Assembly: GCA_020137815.1 (NCBI GenBank)
Contig: CM035354.1
Span: forward strand, 7,006,001 to 7,070,000
Reading direction: 5' to 3'
Origin: Hormiphora californensis
Lineage: Eukaryota; Animalia; Ctenophora
DNA length: 64,000 bases
Shown here: positions 40,786-52,843 of the stretch, one piece after another
Layout: every line of letters starts with the position of its first letter
Numbering within the stretch: the first letter of the stretch is position 1
Translations under genes and position numbers: made by a program
The notes under the pieces: model-generated
What the model was told of the DNA's origin: nothing
The model's input: only the letters and a program-made list of their open reading frames with translations
Database searches by the model: none

Positions 40786-41615
40786 AAAATTGTCAGCCAG
40801 AACGCATATTAAAACGACAGGATAACGACAGGTCGGAAAAGTAGGTCAGGCCACTACGCTCACACACTCGAATTACATACCGAATCTCTTTGAGTCAGCC
40901 AATCGTAGTTCCGTAAATGTAAAAAGTAGCACCAGCCAGCACATACTATATACGTACCATATAGTATTGTAGTTGGTAGTGGTGCATGATACATGATATT
41001 TTCCAAGCTCGGTTTTGGGTTTTATAATTGACGTCAATAACATGATAAACCACTGATATAAGACTTAGTTAAGACTTTAGAATTAAATTAAATTAAAAAG
41101 AATTAAATTCGCCTGCTAATATATGCAATAGTGTGCATCATGTGTAAACCACCGAGTCTCATTCTTCGAGCATATCATGATATATCACACAGAATGAGCA
41201 TCGAAAAGAACACAATTCCTATAAATCAGATTCAGTTCTCCATACTCCATATTTTACAACTTTCGTGTGATGAGTTTACTGAAGAATGAAGATTCAATTG
41301 TCTGCCCCATTTCTATCTCTCTCCCGCCCCCTGCTCATCCAACTTCTCATTCCTATATTCTGGGTATTCACCCATTCTGCAGTAGTTACCCCCTCCTTCC
41401 TAGTAGCTGGTATAATAATGTTAACTATTCCAGTTCCAGTGCTGCATATGATTCCACGCAACAGCAGCTGTTTCCGACTACCCTCGGAATTCCAAGAAAT
41501 AGAAAGACGTGATATTTGGAAAAGCTGTCGAACATTGCAAAATAAACAAAGATGAAAATCACATACCATGCGCAATATAATATACCAAAACTCGATAAAC
41601 CATATATCGACCAGC

Positions 41616-42272
41616 TCAACTCACTAACACCAATGCGCTTCTAGATAATTTTACAGTCAGTTCTCGGAAGCGCTTCAATAATCCTGGGTTAAATAGTGTA
41701 AAGATCTCGTAAAATAGTTCGTCGACCCCTTCATGGAAAAGTGCTGAGGTCTCCCAATACAAATCCGCCCTGACTGACTGAGCAAACTCTCTCCCCTCCA
41801 GGGGGCTCACCATTGACTTTTGTGAGTCGAACAGCTCGAATAACAGGTCCTGGTTGAATCTCAGGTCTGCTTTGGTTCCCACTACAACCAACTTGGGCCT
41901 TAGAACTGATCTAGTGGAGCATGGGCAGCACAGACAATCTTCTGAGTGTAATTCTACATAGTTCAATACGTTCAGGGCAGTCGTCATCGATCCTCTATCT
42001 GATACATCATAACACAAGATAATGAGATCAACAGATGGCATGAGAGAGGGTCCAACCTCCAGAATCCGACTCACAGGCCCTCCGTCAATGATGTTTAGTG
42101 TTTGTGTTCTCTTCCCCCGGGATATAGTCCGTTCAACGTGGAGCTCGGTTGGTAGGGCAGTGTTGAGGAATACTCCCCGGTCGTAGGAGAACAATAAGGA
42201 TGATTTACCTGATCCGGGGCCACCTAGAACCAGGATGTTAACTGTGTCAACTGATGTAGGCGTCCAAGACAT
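41616..42272 (-). CDS. Atypical Rho-like small GTPase, intronless
   Basis: G1 GGPGSGKSS, G4 TKAD followed by a Rho-insert-like helix, G5 ETSA; G3 degenerate (IIDGGP); no CAAX. Confidence 0.8.
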   Translation of the reverse strand: MSWTPTSVDTVNILVLGGPGSGKSSLLFSYDRGVFLNTALPTELHVERTISRGKRTQTLNIIDGGPVSRILEVGPSLMPSVDLIILCYDVSDRGSMTTALNVLNYVELHSEDCLCCPCSTRSVLRPKLVVVGTKADLRFNQDLLFELFDSQKSMVSPLEGREFAQSVRADLYWETSALFHEGVDELFYEIFTLFNPGLLKRFRELTVKLSRSALVLVS

Positions 42273-43559
42273 AATGTAGTTAAATGTGCTAGGGAGGGAG
42301 GGTGTTAGGGAAAGAGGGTGTTAAAATAGGGAATAGGGAAGGAGGGTGTTACAAAGCAACCAGTGATGACGGACTAAAATAAGGAAGGAGGAGGGTTAAA
42401 ATAGGGAAGGAGGGTGTTAAAGTAGGGAAGGAGTTGGTAATGAAATTACCCCTCCGAGAAAGCAATACTAGGGGTGACTTCGTAACCAAGGGAAGGAGGG
42501 TGTTACTGGTTACAGAGCAACCAGTGATGACGGACTAAAATAAGGAAGGAGGAGCTAGTGAGTATTGGTTGTTATATGAGGGACGAGCAAAGTGCAAAGT
42601 GTGTGCTAAAATAGGGAAGAGGGCCCAAGTTAGATAAACATGTATACTAACTACCACCAGCAGCAAGAGAGAGACGCGTGTCACACAGCATTAGTGTAAA
42701 TACATTGTTTTTACAGGGATTAACAATGGGGGGGGGGGGGGTTAAAATAGTAAGAACCGGCGTTTCCTTGCCCGAACCTGTCTCACCAAACCCCGAAAAA
42801 TAAAAAGGGTTAGAACAAAACAGAGCTGGCCGTGAAAGGAATGAGGGGGAATGGTAGCAAGGAGAAATATTAATAACTGAAATATTAAAAACTGAAACTA
42901 ACTAATCAGTTATGCTGAATGCTCGACTAATTGAAGTAGAACCACAGGAGCCGCTCAGAGAAGAAACTACTCCGAGGACAGCAAATCCAGTACTGGGTAT
43001 ATTCCCCCGGCTCCCTGGATCGCTCCCTTTGGGATCTACCTGGGAAGCATACCATTTCTAGGACTTTCCTGGATGCGGCGAAAGACAGGGGATTCCGAGA
43101 AAACCTGGAAGAGGGAGAGAGGGGGAGGTATTGAATACAGGGAGAGAGAGAGGAAGGTAGTTGAGTTAATAAAGGAAAACCGACAGAGAGAGAGAGAGAG
43201 AGAGATAGGTAGAGGTAGAGGTAGGGAAGTAGAGGGGGCTGTAGTAAATAAACATTTAAATCACATACGCTTTTTTCCTCGAATTGTCACATTGCCCCGG
43301 GCTCTACCATTATTCTTGTTAATAGGGAGAAAAGTAAACAATCGTTTGTTAATGTTAGGCGATTGAAATAACTAGCACAGGGTCATCGGAAATTATAAAT
43401 ATAGACATATATTTACCAGATTAATCAAATCAGAATAAACACCTGCTGTAGCTGTAATTTTAGGTGTACTACCCTTTTACTCTCTTTCCTCCCCTCTTTT
43501 CTCTCTTTCGCTATCACTTTTTTTTCTCTCTCTCTCCCTCTCTTTTCTCTCTTTCGCTA

Positions 43560-44463
43560 CATTTTATGCTTCATACTCACACCTACCCAAAATGTATTTC
43601 CGAAAACCCAAGCGTCTCTCTCGCACTGTGCAGCAGTTGTATCTAAATTGCTAAATCTATCATCAAATGTGGTATAAAAAACATCAAAAAAGTCACTCCA
43701 GCTCTTTCTTTTCTCTATTTCATCAATCGGCTGTTTTAAGACAACTAATAACGTCTGTAACGATGGTAGCACACCCACTCATCTGCATTAGAAGCAACAA
43801 GAAATCCTCTCTGATCATGACACCCTGATACCGGTTCAGATCTCTCACATGTACAGCCACCTCAACCTCGTGCCCTGCTAGAAATGTCTTGCACACGTGC
43901 ACTAAATCGTCCTTTTTCCGTACACGTTTCATTGCCACTGCAGGTTCGTGGCCAAGTGTCCAAAAGGCGTACACATTGTGCACTGCAATACAATTCCTAA
44001 CCCACTCCATCGCAAGACGGTACATATTGTCCACTTGGTAGAGAACTGAGAACCTCAGAATGGTAATAATATTCCTATCAGACAGGATGACACCTCCACC
44101 ATACAACAACAGTAGACACTCCTCCGCTAGACACTCCTGGCCTCGGGGACACTTCAAATCGTCCAGGTTTATTATCCCAACACCACGGGAGAGCTGGTAC
44201 TCAAAGAAGGGGGAATGGTAGGCGAGGATTGCCCCCGAACAGGATATTTTGACATCATTCACCTGGATATCCACGTGATTACTAAAACCCCTGATACCTA
44301 GCAACCGAGATACATTGACCCTTTCAACAGTACCTTGGACGGGTCGGGTAGGCTGGGAAGAGACACTGGATGATGATGTTGCTAGTGTCAGACTTGATGT
44401 CTTTACACCCGTTACTTTGGACACCATAGTAGGTCTAGGATCCTCTAGGACCTTCACAGTCAC
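43560..44463 (-). CDS. BTB/POZ domain coding region (second BTB), frameshifted at the 3' end
   Basis: FSNHVDIQVNDVKISCSGAILAYHSPFFE...LLYGG; paralogous to the BTB at 46076-46849. Confidence 0.75.
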
Positions 44464-45810
44464 CTTGCCGGGTGAGGAAGATCTCTCTGGTGACCGAGTT
44501 TTAGGAGGTGATTGATGACACTTTGATCGGTGTACGTTGTTTGGGATCTAGGGACCTGGTGATGATTGTAGTTTTCATCATGGCGGGTGGCCTCTCTGAA
44601 GCTTTCTTCGTCTCAGTCGGTTGTTTCGCTGACCCGAGTTGTTAGTCGTGGTTGTGTTTCACCAGCCGGACTCGTCGTTCCTGCCTCTGTAGATACTGGT
44701 GGCGGGGTCTCTGAGTTGGGTAGATCAGGAGATTTTATTGGAGAAGTTTGTCCAAACCTCCGCACTTTTCGAGATGCAAATGGATCAGGTTTAGAACCAG
44801 TCACTGGGTGTCTTACTACTACTGGTAGTACTTGGGGGTCCTATTTACCTGATCTAGTGGAACCAGCAGATCGTTGCCTTGGCCTTTCCTCGGACGCTTT
44901 TCGAAGACGGAGAACTGGGAGCAGCGATGGTAGGTTTAGTGACCGGTTCTTCCAGTTTTGTAGGCTTCTCTGGAGTTTCAGTAATCGGTTTTGTTAAAAC
45001 TGATTGAGCCGGCTTACCGGTAGTTTTTTCAGACGTTAGACTGTTTGCCCCACCTGAAGCAAGTTGTTTTTGAACGACTGGAGGCTGTTTTTCACCGGCT
45101 GAAGGCTGTTTTTCGAGGACTGGAGGTTGTTTTTCACCGACTGGAGGCTGTTTTTCACCGACTGAAGGCTGTTTTTCACCGGCTGAAGGCTGTTTGACAT
45201 CGGCTGAAGGCTGTTTTTCGAGGACTGGAGGCTGTTTTTCACTGACTGATGGCGATTTTATACTTGCTGAAGGTTGTTTTTCACCAGTTTGGGATTTGTC
45301 ACCGGTTGGACGTTGTTTTTCACCGGCTTGAGGACGTTTTTCACCGGTTGAAGGCTGTTGGCCACCGTTGGAAGGTTCGTCTTCATTTTTCGGCCTGTTG
45401 CTCTCTGTCGTTCTCGGTCTATTATCTCCAGACCTTCTCGAACCCCCGGAACGACCCCTATCCGAAGTGTTCCTCTCTCTGTTTATCTGGGACGGACTCC
45501 TCCCAGTATCACCGAGACCTGGTTTGGAACCTCCATTTTGTACTGCTCTTCCCTCATTGTTAGCTGTTGATATACTGACAGAACTTTTTGTCCTTTCAGG
45601 GGAATTGTTAGGGACTTTTTCTAGATCTCTTGACCTCCTGGCAGCATCTCGCCTCTCATCTCGCCTCTCATCTGCTGACCTCTCCCTTGGACGGTTGTCT
45701 GTTTCCCTAGAAGGCTTGCTGGTAGGACGGGAGGATGCTGAGGGTGATTTGGTGTCACCCCCACCTCCAGGTGGGTCGTCATTTGGCATCTCGCATCCTA
45801 CATAAGGGAC
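44464..45810 (-). CDS. Long Ser/Pro/Arg-rich linker exon with a 21-bp coding minisatellite (EKQPxxx), probably joining the two BTB domains; frameshifts present
   Basis: ORFs 44854-45789 and 44613-44804; acceptor CTCTCTAG near 45811; about 14 heptapeptide repeats at 45060-45365. Confidence 0.55.
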
Positions 45811-46075
45811 CTAGAGAGGGGAGGGAGTAAAGATTACGGGAGGAAGATTGAAATGACAGTAAATAAATCGTAATTTTAAACAAAATATAATTTTCACCCC
45901 TTCACAATTGGACTGAGGACATAAACACATTACACATAAACAAAAACAGTTTGTAAAATGTCTCTCCGAAAGTTTCCTCATTTGTTATCTAGATCTGGGA
46001 AATTTCTAAAGTTGGTTGCCATAACAACATGTCTCTCGAATAGTTTCCTCATTTGCTATCTAAGCTAGGTCTGGA

Positions 46076-46849
46076 TCACATCTTCAACACACTCATTTGA
46101 ATGTCGATGAGTTGTTTTAGTCGGAATGGGTCCTCCATGCTCTTGTTCATTGACCCAATCAAATTGTTAAAGAGTTCCTTGTACTGCGCAAAGAGGTTCT
46201 CGTAATTAATGAACTCGCTAAGGTCAAGGATAAAGTTGGTATTACTGCTGCCCTCCCCACAGAACGCGATCAAGAAGCTGATATACCCGGGACAATTAGT
46301 TAGCTGTAACATGGCCTTCACGAAGTCCCTCACAACCCCCTTTTTGTCATCCTGCAACCTCGTTATCAGCTCTTGAGCGATGTCCTCCTCGTTCTTTTTC
46401 ATGAACTCCAAGCAGAAGGCCATGAGGTCTCCCTTCCGACTCTTCACCTCCGGCAGATTCGCTATATCGAATATTTTACAAATGTGGGAGGAGGTGGTGT
46501 TTTCCTTTATCCAATCAAATGCCAGGTCCCACATGAACTTAATCTCGTAGATTAGGGAAAACCGGACCAGAGAGGCAATGTTACTAATGGTGATGAGCAC
46601 TTTACCACCGTATAGCAGGGTCAGACACTCCTCAATAGCCAGTTCCGATCCTTGAAAGAAGAAATCCTCGAGGAGGACAAAAGTCGCACCACCCATGAAC
46701 AACTTCTCAAAGACTGGACTCTGTTGAGCGACAATCACTCCGGAACACACAAACTTGGTCTCGTTGACGATGATCTCCACCGTGTTGGAGAACTCCTTCC
46801 GGTTGAGAAACCGAGACACATTGACCGTCTCGGGCAGGGTAGATGCCAT
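46076..46849 (-). CDS. BTB/POZ domain protein exon (first BTB)
   Basis: EFSNTVEIIVNETKFVCSGVIVAQQSPVFEKLF...LLYGGKV...FSLIYEI, followed by BACK-like helices. Confidence 0.8.
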   Translation of the reverse strand: MASTLPETVNVSRFLNRKEFSNTVEIIVNETKFVCSGVIVAQQSPVFEKLFMGGATFVLLEDFFFQGSELAIEECLTLLYGGKVLITISNIASLVRFSLIYEIKFMWDLAFDWIKENTTSSHICKIFDIANLPEVKSRKGDLMAFCLEFMKKNEEDIAQELITRLQDDKKGVVRDFVKAMLQLTNCPGYISFLIAFCGEGSSNTNFILDLSEFINYENLFAQYKELFNNLIGSMNKSMEDPFRLKQLIDIQMSVLKM

Positions 46850-47085
46850 GGTGATCTGGGAGCGCAGAAGCTAACTGAAACATGAAGGGGCAGGGTTTAG
46901 TAGTTATAACCATGGCTGGTGATCAATATATTTCTATAAATAACCATGGCCCAATATATATCACACGAGCTAAGGAGGGTGGGATACAACGTGATGCAGC
47001 TCGAAATGGCATGTGAGCGTGTGTATTGTTGCTGCTAATCAAAAGGAGGAAGTCTTACTAAAACTTGCTTGAGGTTACCATACAT

Positions 47086-47305
<220 letters not shown>

Positions 47306-48466
47306 GATAACTCTAATTCTAACATCTCTCTTCTTTCTCTTGGTGCACACCAATTAACGAGCACCGGTGATCATTTCCTTTTATTTTGCTCGAATTTCTC
47401 TCTCTTTTTCTCTCTCGCTCTCTCTCTCTTTCTCTCCCTCTCTTTCCCCTCCCCACTCACTCTAGCTCTATCGCCTTCAGAAAGCACAATCGATGATGAT
47501 GATTTGGCGACTCAACCACCATACTTGATCACTAAATAGTAAGGCATCCAAATTTAGCTGCACCGACAGAGACAAGGTCAGACAGTGTGAGAGAGGGAGA
47601 AAGAGAGAGAGAAATATAAAAAGAGAGAGATATAAAAAAGATAGAGAGATAGAAAGGATAACAAAGAAAATACGAAAATGACTGTATAAAGTAGAGCGGA
47701 AGAGTCGACAAAAAACAGCGACAAAAAGAAGAAAAAGAGCAGCAGAGGGGAAAATAGTACAAGATGTAGTAATTGCATTTCTTGATCACATTCTAATGAA
47801 GCTGAAGAGAGAGAGAGTATTTTCCAGTATTGATTTGTCAAAAGTCTAATTTTAGAACGTTCTAGTCTCCAGACGGCTGCTCGCCAAAACGGAAAAAAAG
47901 CAGCAACAGGGATTCGTCACTGCTGCACGCATGAATGTATTATGAATATGAGTCTAGCAGCGTGTCAAATAGCAGCAGCACTTGAGAGAGTTGTTGCTAT
48001 TGGCAGGTGAGACAGACAAGATCATTGGCCCGGAGAGAGAAAGAGAAAGAGAGAGAGAGACAGAATGACTGAATTTAAGTTAAACCAACAGTACCCCCCG
48101 TGCTTGGTGGATTTGGTATATGCAAACAATAACAGACCTGATGATGAGTCATTCAGCCGCTGCTTGTCTCTCTCTGTAGTTATTTTATCATCTGCTTTTC
48201 TCTCTGTGGTCATTCTATCTCTGCACCACGAGCACATTCCACGGGGAATGCTGATAGTCGATCATGACACGTGGCTTTTCCTTCATGTTGCGTTTATGTG
48301 TCAAGCGTCGACAAAAATAATATCACAGATATACTAAAAAATAGCATTTGAGATCAGGCCTTATTCAAGGCAAATTTGACACAATTTTATGCAGGATCCG
48401 ACTTAGATGGATATTATTAGAAATACGAGGTAAACATGTGAAAGTCTAACTAAACAGATACATTGA

Positions 48467-48610
48467 TAGTGGAAGCTCTTACGGTATTCCCACGACCGTG
48501 GGAAAAGATAGATAAATAGAAATACTAAGAGAGAGAAATTTCTCTCTCTTAGTATTTCTATCTATCTCTCTTTTCCCACGGTCGTGGGAATACCGTAAGA
48601 GCTTCCACTA
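48467..48610. mobile_element. 144-bp loopless palindromic MITE, TAG termini, TGA TSD
   Basis: TAGTGGAAGCTCTTACGG...CCGTAAGAGCTTCCACTA with its centre at GAGAAATTTCTC; TGA on both sides. Confidence 0.8.
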
Positions 48611-49115
48611 TGAGCAAATGTTATCATACTACACGACTGTATTTTCGTGAATGTTATTTTCCTCGGCCGGGCCGAAGGAGGGGACAATTTTTTGTGAGAC
48701 AAACGAAGTGTGATATTTTGTATCACAGATGCAACAAATTCGTAAGAAGATGTCATATTTTTAACCTGGGTCGTAGAAAGAAAACATGCAATGTCTGTAG
48801 AGAGTGGTCGAGTATTAAACAAATACAGATAGGTTTGACCCAATCTTAGAGAAAGTTGGGTTATGTGTTTATTGAAGTGGTAACATTATGTCATCATCAA
48901 TTTAAGAATTTAAGATGAATCATGGTGTTAAACAAGCAGGAACCGGCAGTAATGGCATCATGGCAATTCAGTTCAAGTAGTAGTTAGTAAACAAGGGTAA
49001 CTTGTAAATCATAATTTCAACTAAACAATCCCGAGAAGTCTCTCTCTCTATCCATCGTTTGGATCCTTTCTACGAAGTCACCCATTTATAGGGCGCTCAT
49101 AATGTCATTACCAAT

Positions 49116-50352
49116 TTACAGCCCACTGCTGCTTGCAGCACGTGATTTCAGTGTTTCCCGAAGGGGTGTTCTCTCCTCCTCACCAGCAGCAGATGAGATG
49201 TCGAAACCAGGAACGGTATAGGTCCGTACAATGGTGGCAAAACAGAATACCAGGCACACCAGGAATATACCAAGTACAAACACGTAGTTGATACAGAGAC
49301 ACACGAACGCAGCCCAAAACACCTGGTGAAAAGAGAGGGTGGGTGTTAGTAGGGGAACTGTAGTTACAATGCAGGGCAGATAGCCGTATCACGGCTGTTG
49401 CTTGGGCAGTGCCCAATGGACACACGCACCTCTGTGTTTGATTTTTCCGTTGTTTCAGTTCATAGTTTGGAAAACGAGGGATGCTAAAGTATAGTGACTC
49501 AACTTAACCCCTCACATACCCAGAAATCACAGTAGTTGTTGTTCTCCAGTCCTCCTCGGATGGTCCTGTCTTCTGTGTCTACCGTGGAGAATATACCAAA
49601 CACGAATATAGTCCCTGCAGAACACAATGTGTTAACATTTCCGGGTTGGTTGGTTGGAGCGGCTGGTGCTTTTTGGAGCTACATTTCCCGGTATGTTATC
49701 CATGTGGAATTATGTTAGATATGTTCCTTTCGCAATTCAACTTCCCACACCAAAAGTGTGACACAATTCCTATACAATATCACTCCCCATGAGTCACCAA
49801 CATTAAGTGAAAGTTGACTTTTACCTGTTACAAATATCCCCATGCCAGCGAGAGCTAGTGCAGACCTGAGTCCCGCTAGAACCAGGGGGTTACAGCACTT
49901 GCACTTTAGATTCTCTATCAGCAGGAGTGTCCCAGTCACAACACCAGCAAATATCTAGGATGTTTAGCAGTGCTTAGTTTTAGTTAATTAACTAATTTGA
50001 GGAACTAATTGAGGATTGACTAATTTCATACTGAGAATGAACAGTTTATACAAGAAATAACTGCTACTACACACAATCTATACCAGGTAGAATGGAAGGT
50101 GTGTACAGGCGGGGCAGTTTCCAACCCCTAATCCACCTATTACAATCTGGACCACATCCACTAGGAACACCAGGACCATTAGACCACACTTTAGGGATGC
50201 CCCAAATACTGACCCTCCCTGGGCGCCTCGCAACTGAAAAAGTTTTTAGGAAAATAATGACTTTAGGTAGTTTTTAGGAAAGTAATGACTTTAGGTAGAG
50301 GGAGCTGGGAACTAGGTTGCACGGTATTTACCAACTTCACGTAGCCAGGCAT
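49116..50352 (-). CDS. Small multi-pass membrane protein, TMEM272-like topology; 5 exons, probable frameshift(s) in exon 2
   Basis: Exons about 50352-50332, 50233-50032, 49956-49824, 49615-49520 and 49322-49116. Motifs QIVIGG..NCP....PFYL and NYCDFW/VFWAAF; four hydrophobic segments. Confidence 0.5.
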
Positions 50353-50937
50353 GATAGCAGTTCTAGAAGAGAGGCGTTGTGTAGCTCACACTGCAAGGGT
50401 TTGGTAGATCAAGAGTGGCGTCAAATAATACGGGTGGGAAGTGCGGACTGGTGCATTGTTTTCCAATCTACCCTGATTTCTCTCAAACAGCACTACACCC
50501 ATGGGTAGCTCTATAGATAGGGCTATTGTCTGATTGCACTGAATAATTATACCGTGTGTATTATAGTGGATGAATCCCAGCTGTATCAGACCCAGTGACC
50601 GGGAACCATGGTAATGGTATTAATGTGGGAATGGGAGATATTCGAGTCTCGAGATACCACTAACCACTGCACTGGCTGAGATTGCCTGCAGATTGTGTAT
50701 TCGACTTCAAGGGATCTGTGTCTCTAGTTCGGACACTAATAATGTGAAGTGAGGGTTGATGAAGACAAACTTATTCGAGTTTATGTCTTATGATTAACAC
50801 ATTAGAACGAAAGGTTATTCTCCAAAAACTGTATTCCATTCACTACATTCAACTAATTATATGATATTCATTTTCAGAACTCTTAAGAAAATCACAAAAT
50901 ATGCTATCGAGCCATCGGAACAGTATTGATACAGGGT

Positions 50938-52494
50938 TCACGAGCATTCCAAGATACAGGAAAATCTCCAATACCTTTTCTGTTTCAGAACTGATTTAAA
51001 GTACTGAGAGATACTATTCACAGCTCGCTCAACTCCAGCAAAATAAAGGAAAAACAATCCAATTAAGAATATGATTATAGAGGAACCAATAGCATTTACA
51101 CGTTTGGTTTGTGGCGAATTTTCTTCGAAAATTTCCTCGAAAAAATTAAACACACTTAATAATAATAATAATAATAATATTCATACTTATATCCTGCCCA
51201 TATTCTACAGGGACAGCAGAGCTTTACAGATGCTGCCACTGGAGGAAACTCAGAGCAGTTAACTAACTCTTAACCCAAATATAGAGACTCAAACAAAAAA
51301 ACGGTGGAAAAAATCCAAATTATCCGGCTCACATAAGTGGAAAACAGATTAGGCTCATAACAGACCAAAATAGAAAAAACTCGAAAAAAAAGGCCACAGG
51401 ATAAATGTCACCACTGTCACTTCATGATTCATCACTCCAAATATAGACACAGATCAAATGTTCAGACAACAGATTCTGAACAACTGGATAACTGAAAATC
51501 GGAATAAAATTACACACTCGTGCTTCACTCATGCTGCAAACCCATCGAATAAAGATCAGTTAAAAACTTGTCACGAGGTAAGATACAGACCTAAGTACAA
51601 TACTTACGCTAGACAGTACAGCGTGATGGGAGGAGTAGGTACCGAGAAAAGATGTAGGCTGGAAAAAGGAAAAACAACCGGAACTAGCCTGATCCAAAGG
51701 CATCCACAAACAATCTTGTCTTTAACCCCGTTTTGAAAGATTCCACAGCAGGCCGAGATCGCAACTCAAGGGGGAGTGCATTCCACAGATCTGGCAGGAG
51801 AACAGATGGTCTCCTTTTCCTCAGTTTAGAATTTGCATTAATGCTCGACAGCTTCGGGTACTGGAGCTTATAAGGGTCTGGAACAGCAGTCGATCTGGTA
51901 CGGCAAGTAACATCAACGATATCTGTAGGTATTTGCTCAATGAGGTAATCTGGAGCACTTCCATGTACAATCTTATAGGCCATGAGACAGGCCTAGAAAG
52001 ACAATAATTATAGAGATGCTAAGCCATATGGCTCCAACAAAAACAAAATCTTCAAAGACTTTGTAATTGTTATCGATCAAAATAATCCAAACTAAAACCA
52101 TCAGCACATAACTCATCGTTGTTAAGCAAGAAGTCACATTCCTACAGTTTCCCAGTCCTGCGGATAAACTTCCTTCCCTCGTTTCAGGGAACCTCCAGCA
52201 AAGTATGGACAGCACCAGTCTTAGAATTATGGCGAAGAGAAAACTGACTGGATGTTTCATCTCCACTAAGTTACTTTCACCTTTAATTAACTCATCAGCA
52301 TAAACTGGAGACCAAGGTAGGCTTATACACAGATTGATGACGTGTAGAACAAGGCAGAATATATAAATCTTATATTTTCCATCTCTCCATGCCCTCCTCA
52401 CTGCAGGACATCCAAAAAGGATAGCTTTGCCGGCACCAAACAGCATTTTGACCGCAGCTTTCAAGATGACACGCACCATTACCCAATTAACCAT
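50938..52494 (-). pseudogene. Intronless multi-TM protein gene interrupted by a truncated LINE
   Basis: Hydrophobic ORF 52494-51984 stops at the LINE boundary. A hydrophobic frame (LSVFNFFEE...IIIFLIGLFFLYF) resumes right after the LINE tail at about 51157. Confidence 0.6.
51158..51983 (-). mobile_element. 5'-truncated L2/CR1-group LINE with (ATT)n tail
   Basis: ORF2 C-terminus AYKIVHGSAPDYL...LWNALPLELR...FKTGLKTRLF, about 500-nt 3'UTR and an ATT microsatellite tail. Confidence 0.88.
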
Positions 52495-52594
52495 GTTGAT
52501 CTGAATCTGAATTAGTTGTGTTATATCTTATTATCTAAAACTGACAGCTATCAACAAAAAAAGCCTGCTCACGATGTTATTATTGGTGTCAAAT

Positions 52595-52630
52595 AACTTT
52601 TCAACACTACTTTAAACAAATTAATTTGAG
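52595..52630 (+). other. Putative spliced-leader exon sequence (36 nt)
   Basis: AACTTTTCAACACTACTTTAAACAAATTAATTTGAG, identical to the 3' 36 nt of the minus-strand copies at 26692-26732 and 29942-29982. Confidence 0.8.
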
Positions 52631-52843
52631 GTTTCGTTTTTCCAATTCGCTAAGTTCTTTGGTATTTATTCGGCTCTTTATACTTTTTTGTTTTGTCTTT
52701 TCTGGGTTTATCAGAGACTGGTAACAGTTTCTGTGTGAGAAAGACAAGGCCTAAGACAAGAGAAGACCGGATCTTACCCGGAGGATTGACACTAGTTGTC
52801 GTTAGGCGAGGCCTTGAATTTATCCTGCAGATCGTAGCTAGTG

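Noticed and set aside
42940-43110. Possible minus-strand exon after a polypyrimidine tract
   Set aside because: Frame and gene assignment could not be resolved from sequence alone.
49985-50015. TAATTTGAG resembling the SL 3' end
   Set aside because: Only about 9 nt match, within an AT-rich intronic repeat.
52595-52720. SL RNA gene (SL exon followed by GT)
   Set aside because: The leader appears 5'-truncated, the upstream flanks differ between copies and the downstream sequence runs into a LINE UTR and ORF1. It is treated as an element head, although capture of an SL gene fragment is not excluded.
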